DNA from: Anaerolineae bacterium
Lineage (GTDB): Bacteria; Chloroflexota; Anaerolineae; Aggregatilineales; Phototrophicaceae
Length of the DNA stretch: 64,000 nt
Direction of reading: 5' to 3'
Assembly: GCA_014879665.1 (NCBI GenBank)
Contig: JACSRP010000145.1
Span: 6,507-70,506 of the forward strand
Made by a program: the position numbers and the translations under genes. Below the pieces are notes generated by a model. It did not search any database, was not told the origin of the DNA, and was given only the letters and a program-made list of their open reading frames with translations. Of the stretch, positions 7,183-15,936 are shown in pieces (positions within the stretch are counted from its first letter, which is position 1; each line of letters begins with the position of its first letter).

Positions 7183-9870
7183 TTACTGAAAAGCGGGCAG
7201 CAGCAGCGGTTGACCACCCGATTGCGCATACCAGTAGGGCTGCCAGCCGATGCCGAACATCTCGACCAGTATATCTTTTTTGTAGGGCTGCACAGAATGT
7301 TCCTCAACCGTGACGGCGACGCGCGCCCACTTTTCATTGACCGCGGCCATATCTGCATTGAATTTCTGCTGCAATTCCTCAATCTCTTCATTAATCTGCT
7401 GGATATGAAGCTGATTCATATCCATTTTACCCTGCGTACGTTGTTTCCAGTATTCAGCCATATTCATGCGCGACAGCGTAAAGGCGGTTCGCCCTTGCAT
7501 CAGGCCGAGAATCGCTTCGCCCGTGGTAAAGGTTTTCATGCGTTTGTTGGTCTGAAGCTCCGCCTGTGAACTGCTGAAAGAGGTCTGATAGCGCTGCATC
7601 TTGTCGGACAGCCTATCCAATAGATCTTCATATTTTTTGCCCACTGCATCGGCGTCAGCATCGCGGCGCTCACGGGCGACCTGCTGAACCAGCACGCGAA
7701 ATTCGCTCAAATCGCCATCTGCCGCGCCATATATCCCCAACGTGGAATTGAAGGGGATGTTCAGCCGCGCGGTGGCATACAGCAGATCCACCATTTCGCG
7801 GCGCAGCGCTGCCAATCGCTTGAGATCGGCCATATGCGATGGGACTTCTCCAAACAGGCTTTGCGGGAGCGGATCGGAACCAACAGCGCGCGTATCGAGA
7901 GGCGGCGTGGCATAATCCTGCCAGTGAAGGATGCCAACGCGCTCCAGATTTGGAATTTGATAGGTGAACAGGCGCACTGTGAAAGTGCCGCTTTTGCGAT
8001 CTTGAAAGCGAACTGCCGTCTGTCCGAGCAGGACTGGCATATAGGCCAGCGTTACACCGTTCAGCGCAGACGCGCTAAAGCCGGTGCGCTGCTGCCATGC
8101 GCCCAGGGCTTGCCCCGCCGCTAATACGGGAGGAATGAAATACTGCGGCACGTCGGGGTTGAGCGCCGGGCGTTCTATGGCCAGCCCGTTATTTGCTGAC
8201 TGTGCGGGTGAGATCGCACTCGCTTGTTGAATCTGTGCCGATACCGGCGGCGATGAGGGGATGATGGGCGCAGGCTGCGGTGGCACTTCCGGCGGGGCGG
8301 GGAGAGCTTCTTCAGGAAGGGTGGGCGGCGCAGCGGCGGCGCTTTGCTGGCGGTAGTAAGCTGCCTGAGCGGCGAAATTGGCGGCGGGCTGCGAGTCGCT
8401 GACGTAAGTTGGCGGCGGGGGGGGCGGCGGTTGGGTATTTGCCAGCGATGCTGCGCGCTGTTCCCGCATCAAAGTTTGAATGTGTTGTTTGGTCAGCGGC
8501 CCGCGCAGATAGCTCATGGTCTGTCGGGTTTTGAAGATATACGGGCTGTTCTGGTCGTGTATATCACTAAGGATAAAGGTTCGTGGCTCAAGATCGGAAA
8601 TCAGCGAGTCCAACGCCCTGAGATTGACCTCATCGTTGGCACTGGACATGGATTGAAGTCCGGCCATCAGGCGCTGCTTATCGTTATCGGTGTTCAGTCG
8701 CCCGATGAACCATGTGCCGGTGTTGCTCAGGCCTTTATAGTCCAGATCGCCGGGGTTTTGCGTCGCCAGTATCAGGCCAAGCCCGAACGCGCGCGCCTGT
8801 TTAAGCAGGCGCAACAGCGGCGTTTTGGTGGGCGGATTGAACGGGTAGGGCGGGAAGTAGCCGAACATTTCGTCAATGTAGAGCAGGGCGCGCAGGCTGG
8901 TGGTGCCGCTGAGGGTTCGCATCCAGCTGATCACGTTTTCGAGCAGCAGCGTCATCACAAATTGGCGTTCGGCTTCGCTCAAATGCGCGAGATACAAAAT
9001 AGACACGCGCGGGCGGCCATCGCTCTGGTACAGCATTTTTTGAATATCCAGCGGTTCGCCGCTTAGCCACGCCTGAAAGGATGGAGCCGCCAGAATATTA
9101 TTCAGTTCGGCGGCCAGCTTGGATCGTTGTTTCCCCGAAAGATACTCGTCTAGGGGGAACACGCCCAACTGCTGAAAAGGCGGTTCTTGCACCTGCTTCA
9201 CGATGTCTTGCAGGGTCAAGTTTTTGCCCCGTGACCATGCGTACTCGAAGATGTTGGAGAGCAGAACATGTTCTTTGTCCTGCACTGGCGCGGCGTCTCG
9301 CCCGATCAAGCCGAGCAGTGCCGTCACAACCCCGCTGATCTCTTCACGATGTTCTTCTGCGTTGCTTTGCCAATCGTCTTTAGGCGCTTTGAGTGAGGCC
9401 AGAATGCTGACCGGCAGCCCGGCATCTGAACCGGGCGTGTAAATGCTGACTTGAGCCGCATGTTTTAACCACAGCAGACGCTCTGGAGCAATACCCCAAT
9501 TGTTCAATTCGTCGCGCCATCCACGCGCCGTTTTTGCCGCAAATTGGGGAATATCCAGATTGGCGCGGCGGGCGTCATCCACGTTCACCCATGGCTCAAA
9601 ATCAGCCGGCTGCAAATTCGGAAAATTGAGCGCCAGATTCGTGATATCGCCTTTGGGATCGATCACGATGGCCGGAATATTATCCAGTGCGGCTTCTTCC
9701 AGCAGGTTCAGGCATAGGCCGGTCTTACCGCTGCCAGTCATGCCCACCACGATGGCGTGGGTGGTCAAATGACGGGAGTCATAATAGACGATATTGTTCG
9801 TCAGCGTTTTCGCAGTCGGGTTGAACTGGCGACCTAGATAAAATGTGGTTGGCGCTTCGATAAAAGACAT
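7183..9870 (-). CDS. FtsK-HerA superfamily P-loop NTPase (YjgR/DUF853-like), with Pro-rich linker and unassigned C-terminal module
   Basis: It has Walker A VGMTGSGKTG, Walker B ALLYIDEMF and the ATQNPGDLD motif. Residues ~470-570 are a P/A/Q-rich low-complexity stretch (PPPPPPP at the 8417-8424 C8 tract). The last ~320 aa carry no motif I can assign. Confidence 0.7.
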   Translation of the reverse strand: MSFIEAPTTFYLGRQFNPTAKTLTNNIVYYDSRHLTTHAIVVGMTGSGKTGLCLNLLEEAALDNIPAIVIDPKGDITNLALNFPNLQPADFEPWVNVDDARRANLDIPQFAAKTARGWRDELNNWGIAPERLLWLKHAAQVSIYTPGSDAGLPVSILASLKAPKDDWQSNAEEHREEISGVVTALLGLIGRDAAPVQDKEHVLLSNIFEYAWSRGKNLTLQDIVKQVQEPPFQQLGVFPLDEYLSGKQRSKLAAELNNILAAPSFQAWLSGEPLDIQKMLYQSDGRPRVSILYLAHLSEAERQFVMTLLLENVISWMRTLSGTTSLRALLYIDEMFGYFPPYPFNPPTKTPLLRLLKQARAFGLGLILATQNPGDLDYKGLSNTGTWFIGRLNTDNDKQRLMAGLQSMSSANDEVNLRALDSLISDLEPRTFILSDIHDQNSPYIFKTRQTMSYLRGPLTKQHIQTLMREQRAASLANTQPPPPPPPTYVSDSQPAANFAAQAAYYRQQSAAAAPPTLPEEALPAPPEVPPQPAPIIPSSPPVSAQIQQASAISPAQSANNGLAIERPALNPDVPQYFIPPVLAAGQALGAWQQRTGFSASALNGVTLAYMPVLLGQTAVRFQDRKSGTFTVRLFTYQIPNLERVGILHWQDYATPPLDTRAVGSDPLPQSLFGEVPSHMADLKRLAALRREMVDLLYATARLNIPFNSTLGIYGAADGDLSEFRVLVQQVARERRDADADAVGKKYEDLLDRLSDKMQRYQTSFSSSQAELQTNKRMKTFTTGEAILGLMQGRTAFTLSRMNMAEYWKQRTQGKMDMNQLHIQQINEEIEELQQKFNADMAAVNEKWARVAVTVEEHSVQPYKKDILVEMFGIGWQPYWYAQSGGQPLLLPAFQ

Positions 9871-9903
9871 ATTTGCAGTTCCCTTACGTTCCAGTGACGC
9901 GCA

Positions 9904-11217
9904 TTAGCTGCAAGTGAGATTTGACGGAATGACGGCTTCTTGCCAGCGGCGGTGAAACTCATCCAGATAAATGCCGGCAAGCAGTGGATCTGAGATGATG
10001 ATCAAGTTCTCATCGTTTGAATTGGCTGCATTGTTTGAGAAGTTGAACGAACCAAGCGCAACGGTTGTTTCGTCAATGATAAACACCTTGTGATGCAGCA
10101 CAAATGAGTTTCCGTCCTGACGCACATCCAGCCCGGCGCAAAAAAGCGGCGGCATGGCTGAATGCTGGGTGGTGCTGCCGGTGGTTTCGAAAATTCCCTC
10201 CACCGAAACACCGCGCGCTGCCAACTCCAGCAGGCTTTCGCGCAAATCGGCATGGGTGAAGGAAAACGCCATGAAACGAACTGAATGCTGCGCCTGCGAA
10301 ACTGCATTCACCATACCGGGCATCGGGTCATCTTCCGGCCCCATGAACAATTGAACCGGAATGCCGTTGAGCGTGAAATCACTGGAGATCGTGTTGCGCG
10401 GCGAAGTGGGGCCGAATCGCCCTTCGATGAACATTTCGTTGAATTCGGCTTGATAGTCGGTGACGGCATCTTGCGAGCGCAAAAACAGCGTGTTGTTGTT
10501 GTTGCGGTAGGTATCATTGATGGTGAAATTCCATGATCCGGTCACCACCGTTGCGCTGTCCAGAATCATGAATTTGTTGTGCATCAGCGCGGAACGGGTA
10601 TCGGTCACAATCGGGATGCCTGCCGCCTGCAGTTGGTTCAGGGTGGTATTGTCGTCCGCTAAACCGTCTTCGTTGTCGGTCACGACGCGCACGCGCACCC
10701 CGCGCTGTCGCGCTGCAATCACTGCTGCGGTGATGGCTGGATTGTTGAACTCATAAGCGACAATATCGAGCGTGCGTTCCACGCCGTTGATGGCCTCCAC
10801 CAGCGCGATGTCAATACCGCCAACATAGGTTGAAGGATCGCGGCTGCCGCTGGGGGCTGTGAAGTACACCTGCCAGAAATCATGCTTCGCTCCCCATCCC
10901 AGCGGGAACGTGACGCGCTCAACCAGTGCCGCCGGATCAATCGTCGCGACCGCAGCACTGGCTGTGACGTTGATAGAGGGCGGTACCGTTGCTGCGATCA
11001 TGGTGCTGGTGGGGGGTTGTGTCGGCGTGGGTGTTGGCGGGTTTTGATTGCCAACACAGTTCCCCATGACAAGGATTACAATCGTGACAACGGTCCCGAT
11101 CACGATCTGGGGCAGCGACAGCGGTTTTGCAGCTTTTGGTTTTTCGGCTTGCGAAGATGACTTCCGTTTGCTCACGCGGATAAAATCCTTTGGCGGCTTG
11201 AAAAATAGATATTCCAA
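9904..11217 (-). CDS. Membrane-anchored phospholipase D superfamily protein (two HKD motifs)
   Basis: The HKD motifs are HNKFMILD and HHKVFIID. The N-terminus is Lys/Arg-rich, followed by one TM helix (IVIGTVVTIVILVMG) and a PTPTPTQPPTST linker, which implies an extracytoplasmic catalytic domain. Confidence 0.8.
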   Translation of the reverse strand: MEYLFFKPPKDFIRVSKRKSSSQAEKPKAAKPLSLPQIVIGTVVTIVILVMGNCVGNQNPPTPTPTQPPTSTMIAATVPPSINVTASAAVATIDPAALVERVTFPLGWGAKHDFWQVYFTAPSGSRDPSTYVGGIDIALVEAINGVERTLDIVAYEFNNPAITAAVIAARQRGVRVRVVTDNEDGLADDNTTLNQLQAAGIPIVTDTRSALMHNKFMILDSATVVTGSWNFTINDTYRNNNNTLFLRSQDAVTDYQAEFNEMFIEGRFGPTSPRNTISSDFTLNGIPVQLFMGPEDDPMPGMVNAVSQAQHSVRFMAFSFTHADLRESLLELAARGVSVEGIFETTGSTTQHSAMPPLFCAGLDVRQDGNSFVLHHKVFIIDETTVALGSFNFSNNAANSNDENLIIISDPLLAGIYLDEFHRRWQEAVIPSNLTCS

Positions 11218-11277
11218 TACAGTAAATGACCGTGATCAACTGCGCTGGCGGCTAGATGATCGGAAAACAAAGCCGGG

Positions 11278-11799
11278 CTATCCCTCATCGTTTCCAGTTT
11301 CCAGCGCCTCATTGAGTTTGCTTAACCAACTGCGCCAGCCGTGAAAACTGTTCACTGACTCCGGCTGTACTGAAGATTCAACTGGTGCGGCGGGCGTGGA
11401 TGATTCCGGGGTAATCGGTTCTTTGTAACCAGCTGTCCCCATCTGCGCCAGCAGCGCCCCCATATAGGCAGGGGAGTCGTCTGCGCTGGCCGTGATTGGC
11501 TCATCAGGTGGTGTTAGCCCCAGCGTTTGCGCCGCCGCACGCAGATCAGCAAGCTGCTGCTGATGCACATCGGCGCCTGCATAGCTGCGCTGCCCGACGA
11601 AGCGGTTCGCGCGCTTAATTAACTGGCGAAGCTGTTTCGTCTTACTCTCAAATTCCTCCTCAGACACGCCCGATTCTTCTAACTGGTGTGCGACCTCGCC
11701 AGCCCATTGGAACAGGGGTTCAGCTTCGGCGTCAGTCAAATCTTCGCGCAGATCAGCGTCCTCATACAGCGATTGGGTGAAGGCTTCAGTTTTGCTCAT
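11278..11799 (-). CDS. Hypothetical acidic protein
   Basis: This 173-aa ORF is Asp/Glu-rich, with no signal peptide or known motif. Codon composition is consistent with its neighbours. Confidence 0.55.
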   Translation of the reverse strand: MSKTEAFTQSLYEDADLREDLTDAEAEPLFQWAGEVAHQLEESGVSEEEFESKTKQLRQLIKRANRFVGQRSYAGADVHQQQLADLRAAAQTLGLTPPDEPITASADDSPAYMGALLAQMGTAGYKEPITPESSTPAAPVESSVQPESVNSFHGWRSWLSKLNEALETGNDEG

Positions 11800-11822
11800 G
11801 CCTGCCTCTTGCTCAATGTGTA

Positions 11823-12398
11823 CTAATCCGTTTTCATATACGGGCGCAGTAAGTCTGCAATTTCGGTGAAATTTTCCGATTCCGCCAGATCAATCGGCAT
11901 TTTCCCGTTGTAGTCCAGCGCATAGGGGTTGGCATCGTGTGCCAGCAGCCAGCGCACCATTTCCAGATGCCCGCTTCCGGCAGCGCCGTGTAACGCTGTA
12001 TTGCCGCCTTCGCCAGCGTTGACATTCGCTCCGGCGTTCAAAAGTTTTTCGGCAATCGGGATATTATTGCCAATTGCCGCGAAAAACATGGTCGGAATAT
12101 CATGCGCGCCGGTATACTGCGTGGCTTCAGGCTCATCTTTCAGGATGGCGTCCACATCATCCCCAAACCCCATCATGGCTGCTGTGCAAATATCTAACGG
12201 CGCGCCTTGATCGAGCAGATATTGAGCAATTTCGCGCTGGCCAGTGTGCGCGGCAGCCTGAATTCCCGATTCGAACCATTCGGCGCTCTCATTCAAAAGG
12301 CCGGTGTGTGCGGCGAGCATCTCCTTCACTTTGGGCAGATCGTGATGTGCCGCAACGACAAAATTATTGATCGTGTCCTGAGATAGAAATTCGTTCAC
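11823..12398 (-). CDS. Ankyrin-repeat protein
   Basis: It has the consensus repeat GNTALHGAAGSGHLEMVRWLLAHDANP plus upstream degenerate repeats (AAHTGQREIAQYLLDQGAPLD). No signal peptide. Confidence 0.8.
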   Translation of the reverse strand: MNEFLSQDTINNFVVAAHHDLPKVKEMLAAHTGLLNESAEWFESGIQAAAHTGQREIAQYLLDQGAPLDICTAAMMGFGDDVDAILKDEPEATQYTGAHDIPTMFFAAIGNNIPIAEKLLNAGANVNAGEGGNTALHGAAGSGHLEMVRWLLAHDANPYALDYNGKMPIDLAESENFTEIADLLRPYMKTD

Positions 12399-12561
12399 AG
12401 GATTCCCTCCAGAGGATTAGGTTAAGAGAGCTATTGCACACTCTAGAGTTTAGACCATTCGTTCTTAATCCACAAACCGGAAACGTAATTGGTCGGGTGC
12501 GCGTGCGAAAAATGGCAGGCTCAACTATAGTTGTAGAAAATACCGCTTTTGAGGGATCGAG

Positions 12562-14127
12562 ATGTTGAAACGTATTTCGCTGCTGCTAATTTTGCTGCTG
12601 ATCTCTATTTCGGGAGCTGCTGCCCAACCGATCATGCCGGATTTCAGCGGCCAATATGCCTTCTATACTGAACTCTTGACTGATGGCGGGAAGATCAGCG
12701 GCGAGATTTTGTTTCTCGATCCCACTGGCGTTATGACCACGGTGCTAGTGCCAGCGGCATTTTATCCAGCCGGCTACACCGGGCGCACTGACGATAGCTC
12801 GCCATTATTAAGTAATCTGGCGACGTCCCCTGATGGGCGCTTTTTGGCGGGAACCTTTCAGTTGATTCAGGCTGAACAGACTCTGCCGATTGTGGTTGCC
12901 GATCTTGCGACAGGAACCTGCTGTGTGACGCTGCCTCCGCTGCAAGAGCCAATTTCTGCGTACAGCCTTGGCGGTTTTGAGCCGGAAACGAATTTGCTCT
13001 CATTTTCTTATGTGGGCTATGTGAATGCCGGATCTGGAAGTATTGTGCAAAAGGGCGGCATGGCTGTTGCCAACCCCGAAACCAGCGAAATTGTGGCATC
13101 TACCGATATGGCTGCGGCCACTGGTGCTGCTGAACCCGCTTCAGCACTCCCATGGGCGTTGATGGGAGGCTGGCAACATGGCGAAGCCCTTTTCGCGCCA
13201 AGCTGCTATGCTTGCGAGGGGAATCTACAGGACGAATGGATGCTCTGGAATCCGTTTGCCAATCTTGTGAATCCTCACAGCGGCATTTATTTCAGCATCT
13301 TTGGAGATCGCCTGTCTTCAACCAGTGAATTTTTGATCTGGACGCAGGTCGCGGGGCTTCCTGCTGATCCAACCGAGGGCGTGTTCCCCGTGCCAAATGC
13401 GATTGTCTACCAGCCCGGCGGCATGCCACCTCCTTTCGGGACTCCGATAAGCGGGGCGGTGATCTATCACGATCCGGCGACGCTGGATTTGAGCGGCGGG
13501 GCGCAGTGGGTGACGAATGGCGCGCAGTTTCTGGTCACGCCTGCCGGAGATATGTGGACGCTGGTCAGCCGCGATGGCGCGCGCATGCCGATCAGTGGGA
13601 TGGCTGCTTCAGTTCTTTACACCGGCATCCCCAACGGTTGGATCGCGTCGGTACAGGTGGGTACCGGGCATGTGCTGACGCGCTATACGGTGGATGGCGG
13701 CAGCATCATCAATCAGGCGTTCACCATCACCGAAAGCAGCGGGCCTTATTTACGCGGGGGCTATCGCCTCACTTACGCTCCGCCGCTGACTGGTGCTGGA
13801 TTCCCTGCACCGCAAGCCGTCCCGATTGTGCCGCCAGCACTAACAACTGCACCGATTGCGCCTAATGCGCCCTGTGCGGGCTTCACCCCGATGCTCTCTC
13901 CCGGCGCTCATGCACAGGTCACCCCCGGCGACCCGAACAATATCCGCTCCGGGCCGACGACCTCATCAGCAGTGATCGGGCAAATTCCCGGCGGGCAGAT
14001 CGTCAGGGTTGTCGCCGGGCCATACTGCGCGGAAGGCATCGGTTTCTGGTTAGTGGAATACAACGGGATCACTGGCTATACGGCTGAAGGACGGGGCAGC
14101 AGCTACTATATGTTCCCGGTGGGCTAG
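12562..14127 (+). CDS. Secreted protein with C-terminal SH3b-like domain
   Basis: It has a signal peptide (LLLILLLISISGAAAQ) and a C-terminal AQVTPGDPNNIRSGPTTSSAVIGQIPGGQIVRVVAGP...WLVEYNGITGYTAEG, typical of bacterial SH3. The N-terminal ~400 aa are unassigned. Confidence 0.65.
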   Translation: MLKRISLLLILLLISISGAAAQPIMPDFSGQYAFYTELLTDGGKISGEILFLDPTGVMTTVLVPAAFYPAGYTGRTDDSSPLLSNLATSPDGRFLAGTFQLIQAEQTLPIVVADLATGTCCVTLPPLQEPISAYSLGGFEPETNLLSFSYVGYVNAGSGSIVQKGGMAVANPETSEIVASTDMAAATGAAEPASALPWALMGGWQHGEALFAPSCYACEGNLQDEWMLWNPFANLVNPHSGIYFSIFGDRLSSTSEFLIWTQVAGLPADPTEGVFPVPNAIVYQPGGMPPPFGTPISGAVIYHDPATLDLSGGAQWVTNGAQFLVTPAGDMWTLVSRDGARMPISGMAASVLYTGIPNGWIASVQVGTGHVLTRYTVDGGSIINQAFTITESSGPYLRGGYRLTYAPPLTGAGFPAPQAVPIVPPALTTAPIAPNAPCAGFTPMLSPGAHAQVTPGDPNNIRSGPTTSSAVIGQIPGGQIVRVVAGPYCAEGIGFWLVEYNGITGYTAEGRGSSYYMFPVG

Positions 14128-14174
14128 AAATGCTACTGCGCCTTCACCGAAAAAGCGCCGAGAAGCTCCTAGCT

Positions 14175-15734
14175 TTAGCTATGGGGAGTAATGACGTTGA
14201 GTAGTTCGTAAACGATGGCTGTTTGCTGGCGACCTTTCACCTTCAATTCGCCCAGCGCCTGCACCTGTACCTGATCGCTTACACGGGCGACGGTATGTTC
14301 TTCAATTAAAATCTGGCCGGGGCGGGCGGCTTCTTGTAAGCGTTTAGCGACGTTCACGGCATCGCCTACTGCGGTGTAATTCATGGCGACATCGGTGCCG
14401 ATATAGCCGACCACCGCCTCTCCTGAGTGAATACCGGTGCTGAAGGAAAGTCCGTCGCCGCGCTGGCTTGCCAGCTGGCGCGTCGCCTGTTGAAGCGTGA
14501 GCGCCGCCTCCAGCGCCGATTGCACATGATCCGGCTGTTCATTCGGCGCATTGAAGATCGCCATGAGGCCATCGCCCATATATTTATCCAGCGTTCCGCC
14601 GTAAGACATGATGGTGTTGGCGGCAAGACTGAGATAATCATTCAGCATTTCGACCACGCGCTCGGGCGGCAGCCTTTCGCTGTAAGCGGTATAGCCGCGA
14701 ATATCGGTGAACAGGATGGTAATTTCGCGGCGGTGGCCGCCCAATCGCAGCAAGTCGGGATTTTCAAGGATTTGATCCACAACTTGCGGCGGCACAAAAC
14801 GTTGGAATAGGGTGCGAATGCGCCCTTTTTCATTCTCTTTCTGCTGCCGGAGCTGTTCTACTGACCGTGAATTTTGAATCGCAATCGCGGCATAGTCGGT
14901 TAGTGTGGAAAGCAGCGCCGCCTGATGTTTGCTGAAGGCGTTTTTCTTCGCGCGCACCCCAAGTACGCCGATGATCTCGTCGCGCAGGGCTAACGGCGCA
15001 TAGGCCAGAGAAGCTTCGTTGTCGCCAGTGCCAGAACGCAGCACCAACTGCCCATGCTGCACTACGCGCATCGCGGCTGTGTCATTGGCCTCAAAATTGG
15101 CGGGTTCAGCGCGGGTTTGATTGGTGCGCTTCATCGCCTGGCAGAGCAGTCGCTTTTGCACCACGATGTGCAAGTAGCCTTCATCTGCGCCGGTCAGCCG
15201 AACGGCAGCATCAACGATACGTGGCAGCAGCTCTTCGATGCTCATCAGCGCGGTTACGCTTTTGCCGACGCTGTGCAGGACATTTAATTCTTGTAGCCGA
15301 TTCTGAAGTTCGCGGTTAGCGGCAATCAGGCGTTCAGTGAGTGCATCTTTTTCGCGGATCAGGCGCACATTGCTGAGCGTGCGCTCAATCGCCACGATCA
15401 TTTCTTCGACGGTGAACGGCTTGGCGATATAGTCCTGTACGCCCATCCGGTAGACCTCTACGGCGACTTCTTCCGAGCCGTAGAAGGTCATCAGGATTAC
15501 GGGGATATTGCAGCCCATTTCCTGCATATGCTGAAGCATTTCAACGCCGTTCATGCGCGGCATTTGATAGTCCAGCAAAATCATGTCTGGTTTATGTTCG
15601 GCGATCATCTGCAAACCTTCGCCGCCGTCGCGCGCGGTGAAGGCCTCATAGCCATACGGCCGCAGCACATATTCAACGATAAATTCGCGGTTTTCCTGTC
15701 CGTCATCCACAACCAGGATGCGTTCGCCAGCCAA
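14175..15734 (-). CDS. Response-regulator receiver / GAF / class III adenylate cyclase fusion
   Basis: The REC domain shows VVDDG..., LLDYQMP and KPF. A central GAF-like region follows. The cyclase domain has metal Asp residues in ILFTDIRGYT and YMGDGLMA, substrate Lys in LDKYMGDG, and the AVGDAVNVAKR motif. Confidence 0.85.
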   Translation of the reverse strand: MAGERILVVDDGQENREFIVEYVLRPYGYEAFTARDGGEGLQMIAEHKPDMILLDYQMPRMNGVEMLQHMQEMGCNIPVILMTFYGSEEVAVEVYRMGVQDYIAKPFTVEEMIVAIERTLSNVRLIREKDALTERLIAANRELQNRLQELNVLHSVGKSVTALMSIEELLPRIVDAAVRLTGADEGYLHIVVQKRLLCQAMKRTNQTRAEPANFEANDTAAMRVVQHGQLVLRSGTGDNEASLAYAPLALRDEIIGVLGVRAKKNAFSKHQAALLSTLTDYAAIAIQNSRSVEQLRQQKENEKGRIRTLFQRFVPPQVVDQILENPDLLRLGGHRREITILFTDIRGYTAYSERLPPERVVEMLNDYLSLAANTIMSYGGTLDKYMGDGLMAIFNAPNEQPDHVQSALEAALTLQQATRQLASQRGDGLSFSTGIHSGEAVVGYIGTDVAMNYTAVGDAVNVAKRLQEAARPGQILIEEHTVARVSDQVQVQALGELKVKGRQQTAIVYELLNVITPHS

Positions 15735-15876
15735 AGGTTTGCCTCAATGGATGCTGCTCATACTGTATTCAGTATAAGGGATGACCGGTTAAGAATGCAC
15801 GGCATTAGGGAAAAATTCAGGATATGTGGGACTTTTGTCCCGAATATACGAGGGGTATAGGCGGATTTTCATAGTT

Positions 15877-15912
15877 CTCTCGCCCTGATTACGCTTGCGA
15901 TCAGGGCGAGAG
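15877..15912 (-). terminator. Perfect 13-bp GC-rich hairpin downstream of the 15937..17457 gene
   Basis: ctctcgccctgat (15877-15889) pairs with atcagggcgagag (15900-15912) around a 10-nt loop. No U-tract follows on either strand, so terminator function is assumed from position only. Confidence 0.45.
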
Positions 15913-15936
15913 GTGGCAATCTTGTTACGGGTACAT

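Noticed and set aside
8417-8424. G8 (C8 on the coding strand) homopolymer inside the NTPase gene as a possible phase-variation switch.
   Set aside because: It simply encodes part of a poly-Pro run. Eight nucleotides is borderline for slippage, and there is no evidence of contingency-locus organisation. It would need population sequencing to revive the idea.
8344-9066. Long antisense ORFs inside well-supported genes. Examples are 8344..9066 (+, 240 aa), 58664..59410 (-, 248 aa), 42861..43364 (-, 167 aa), 44952..45416 (-, 154 aa), 46830..47387 (-, 185 aa) and 39120..39626 (-, 168 aa).
   Set aside because: All lie opposite genes with unambiguous family motifs. They are Arg/Gly/Ala/His-rich, as expected for shadow frames in GC-rich DNA, and have no RBS or motif support.
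9904-11217. PLD gene as a DISARM DrmC-like or restriction-type nuclease.
   Set aside because: No DrmA/DrmB, methyltransferase or helicase partners are present. The TM helix plus PT linker topology predicts an extracytoplasmic enzyme (phospholipase or secreted nuclease) rather than an intracellular restriction effector.
4694-12398. Treating the whole seven-gene minus-strand run (CsaA, CoA-transferase, LysM, NTPase, PLD, acidic, ankyrin) as a single functional system.
   Set aside because: The downstream three genes belong to unrelated, well-known housekeeping or envelope families. Short gaps are the norm throughout this window, so co-directionality alone does not justify one system.
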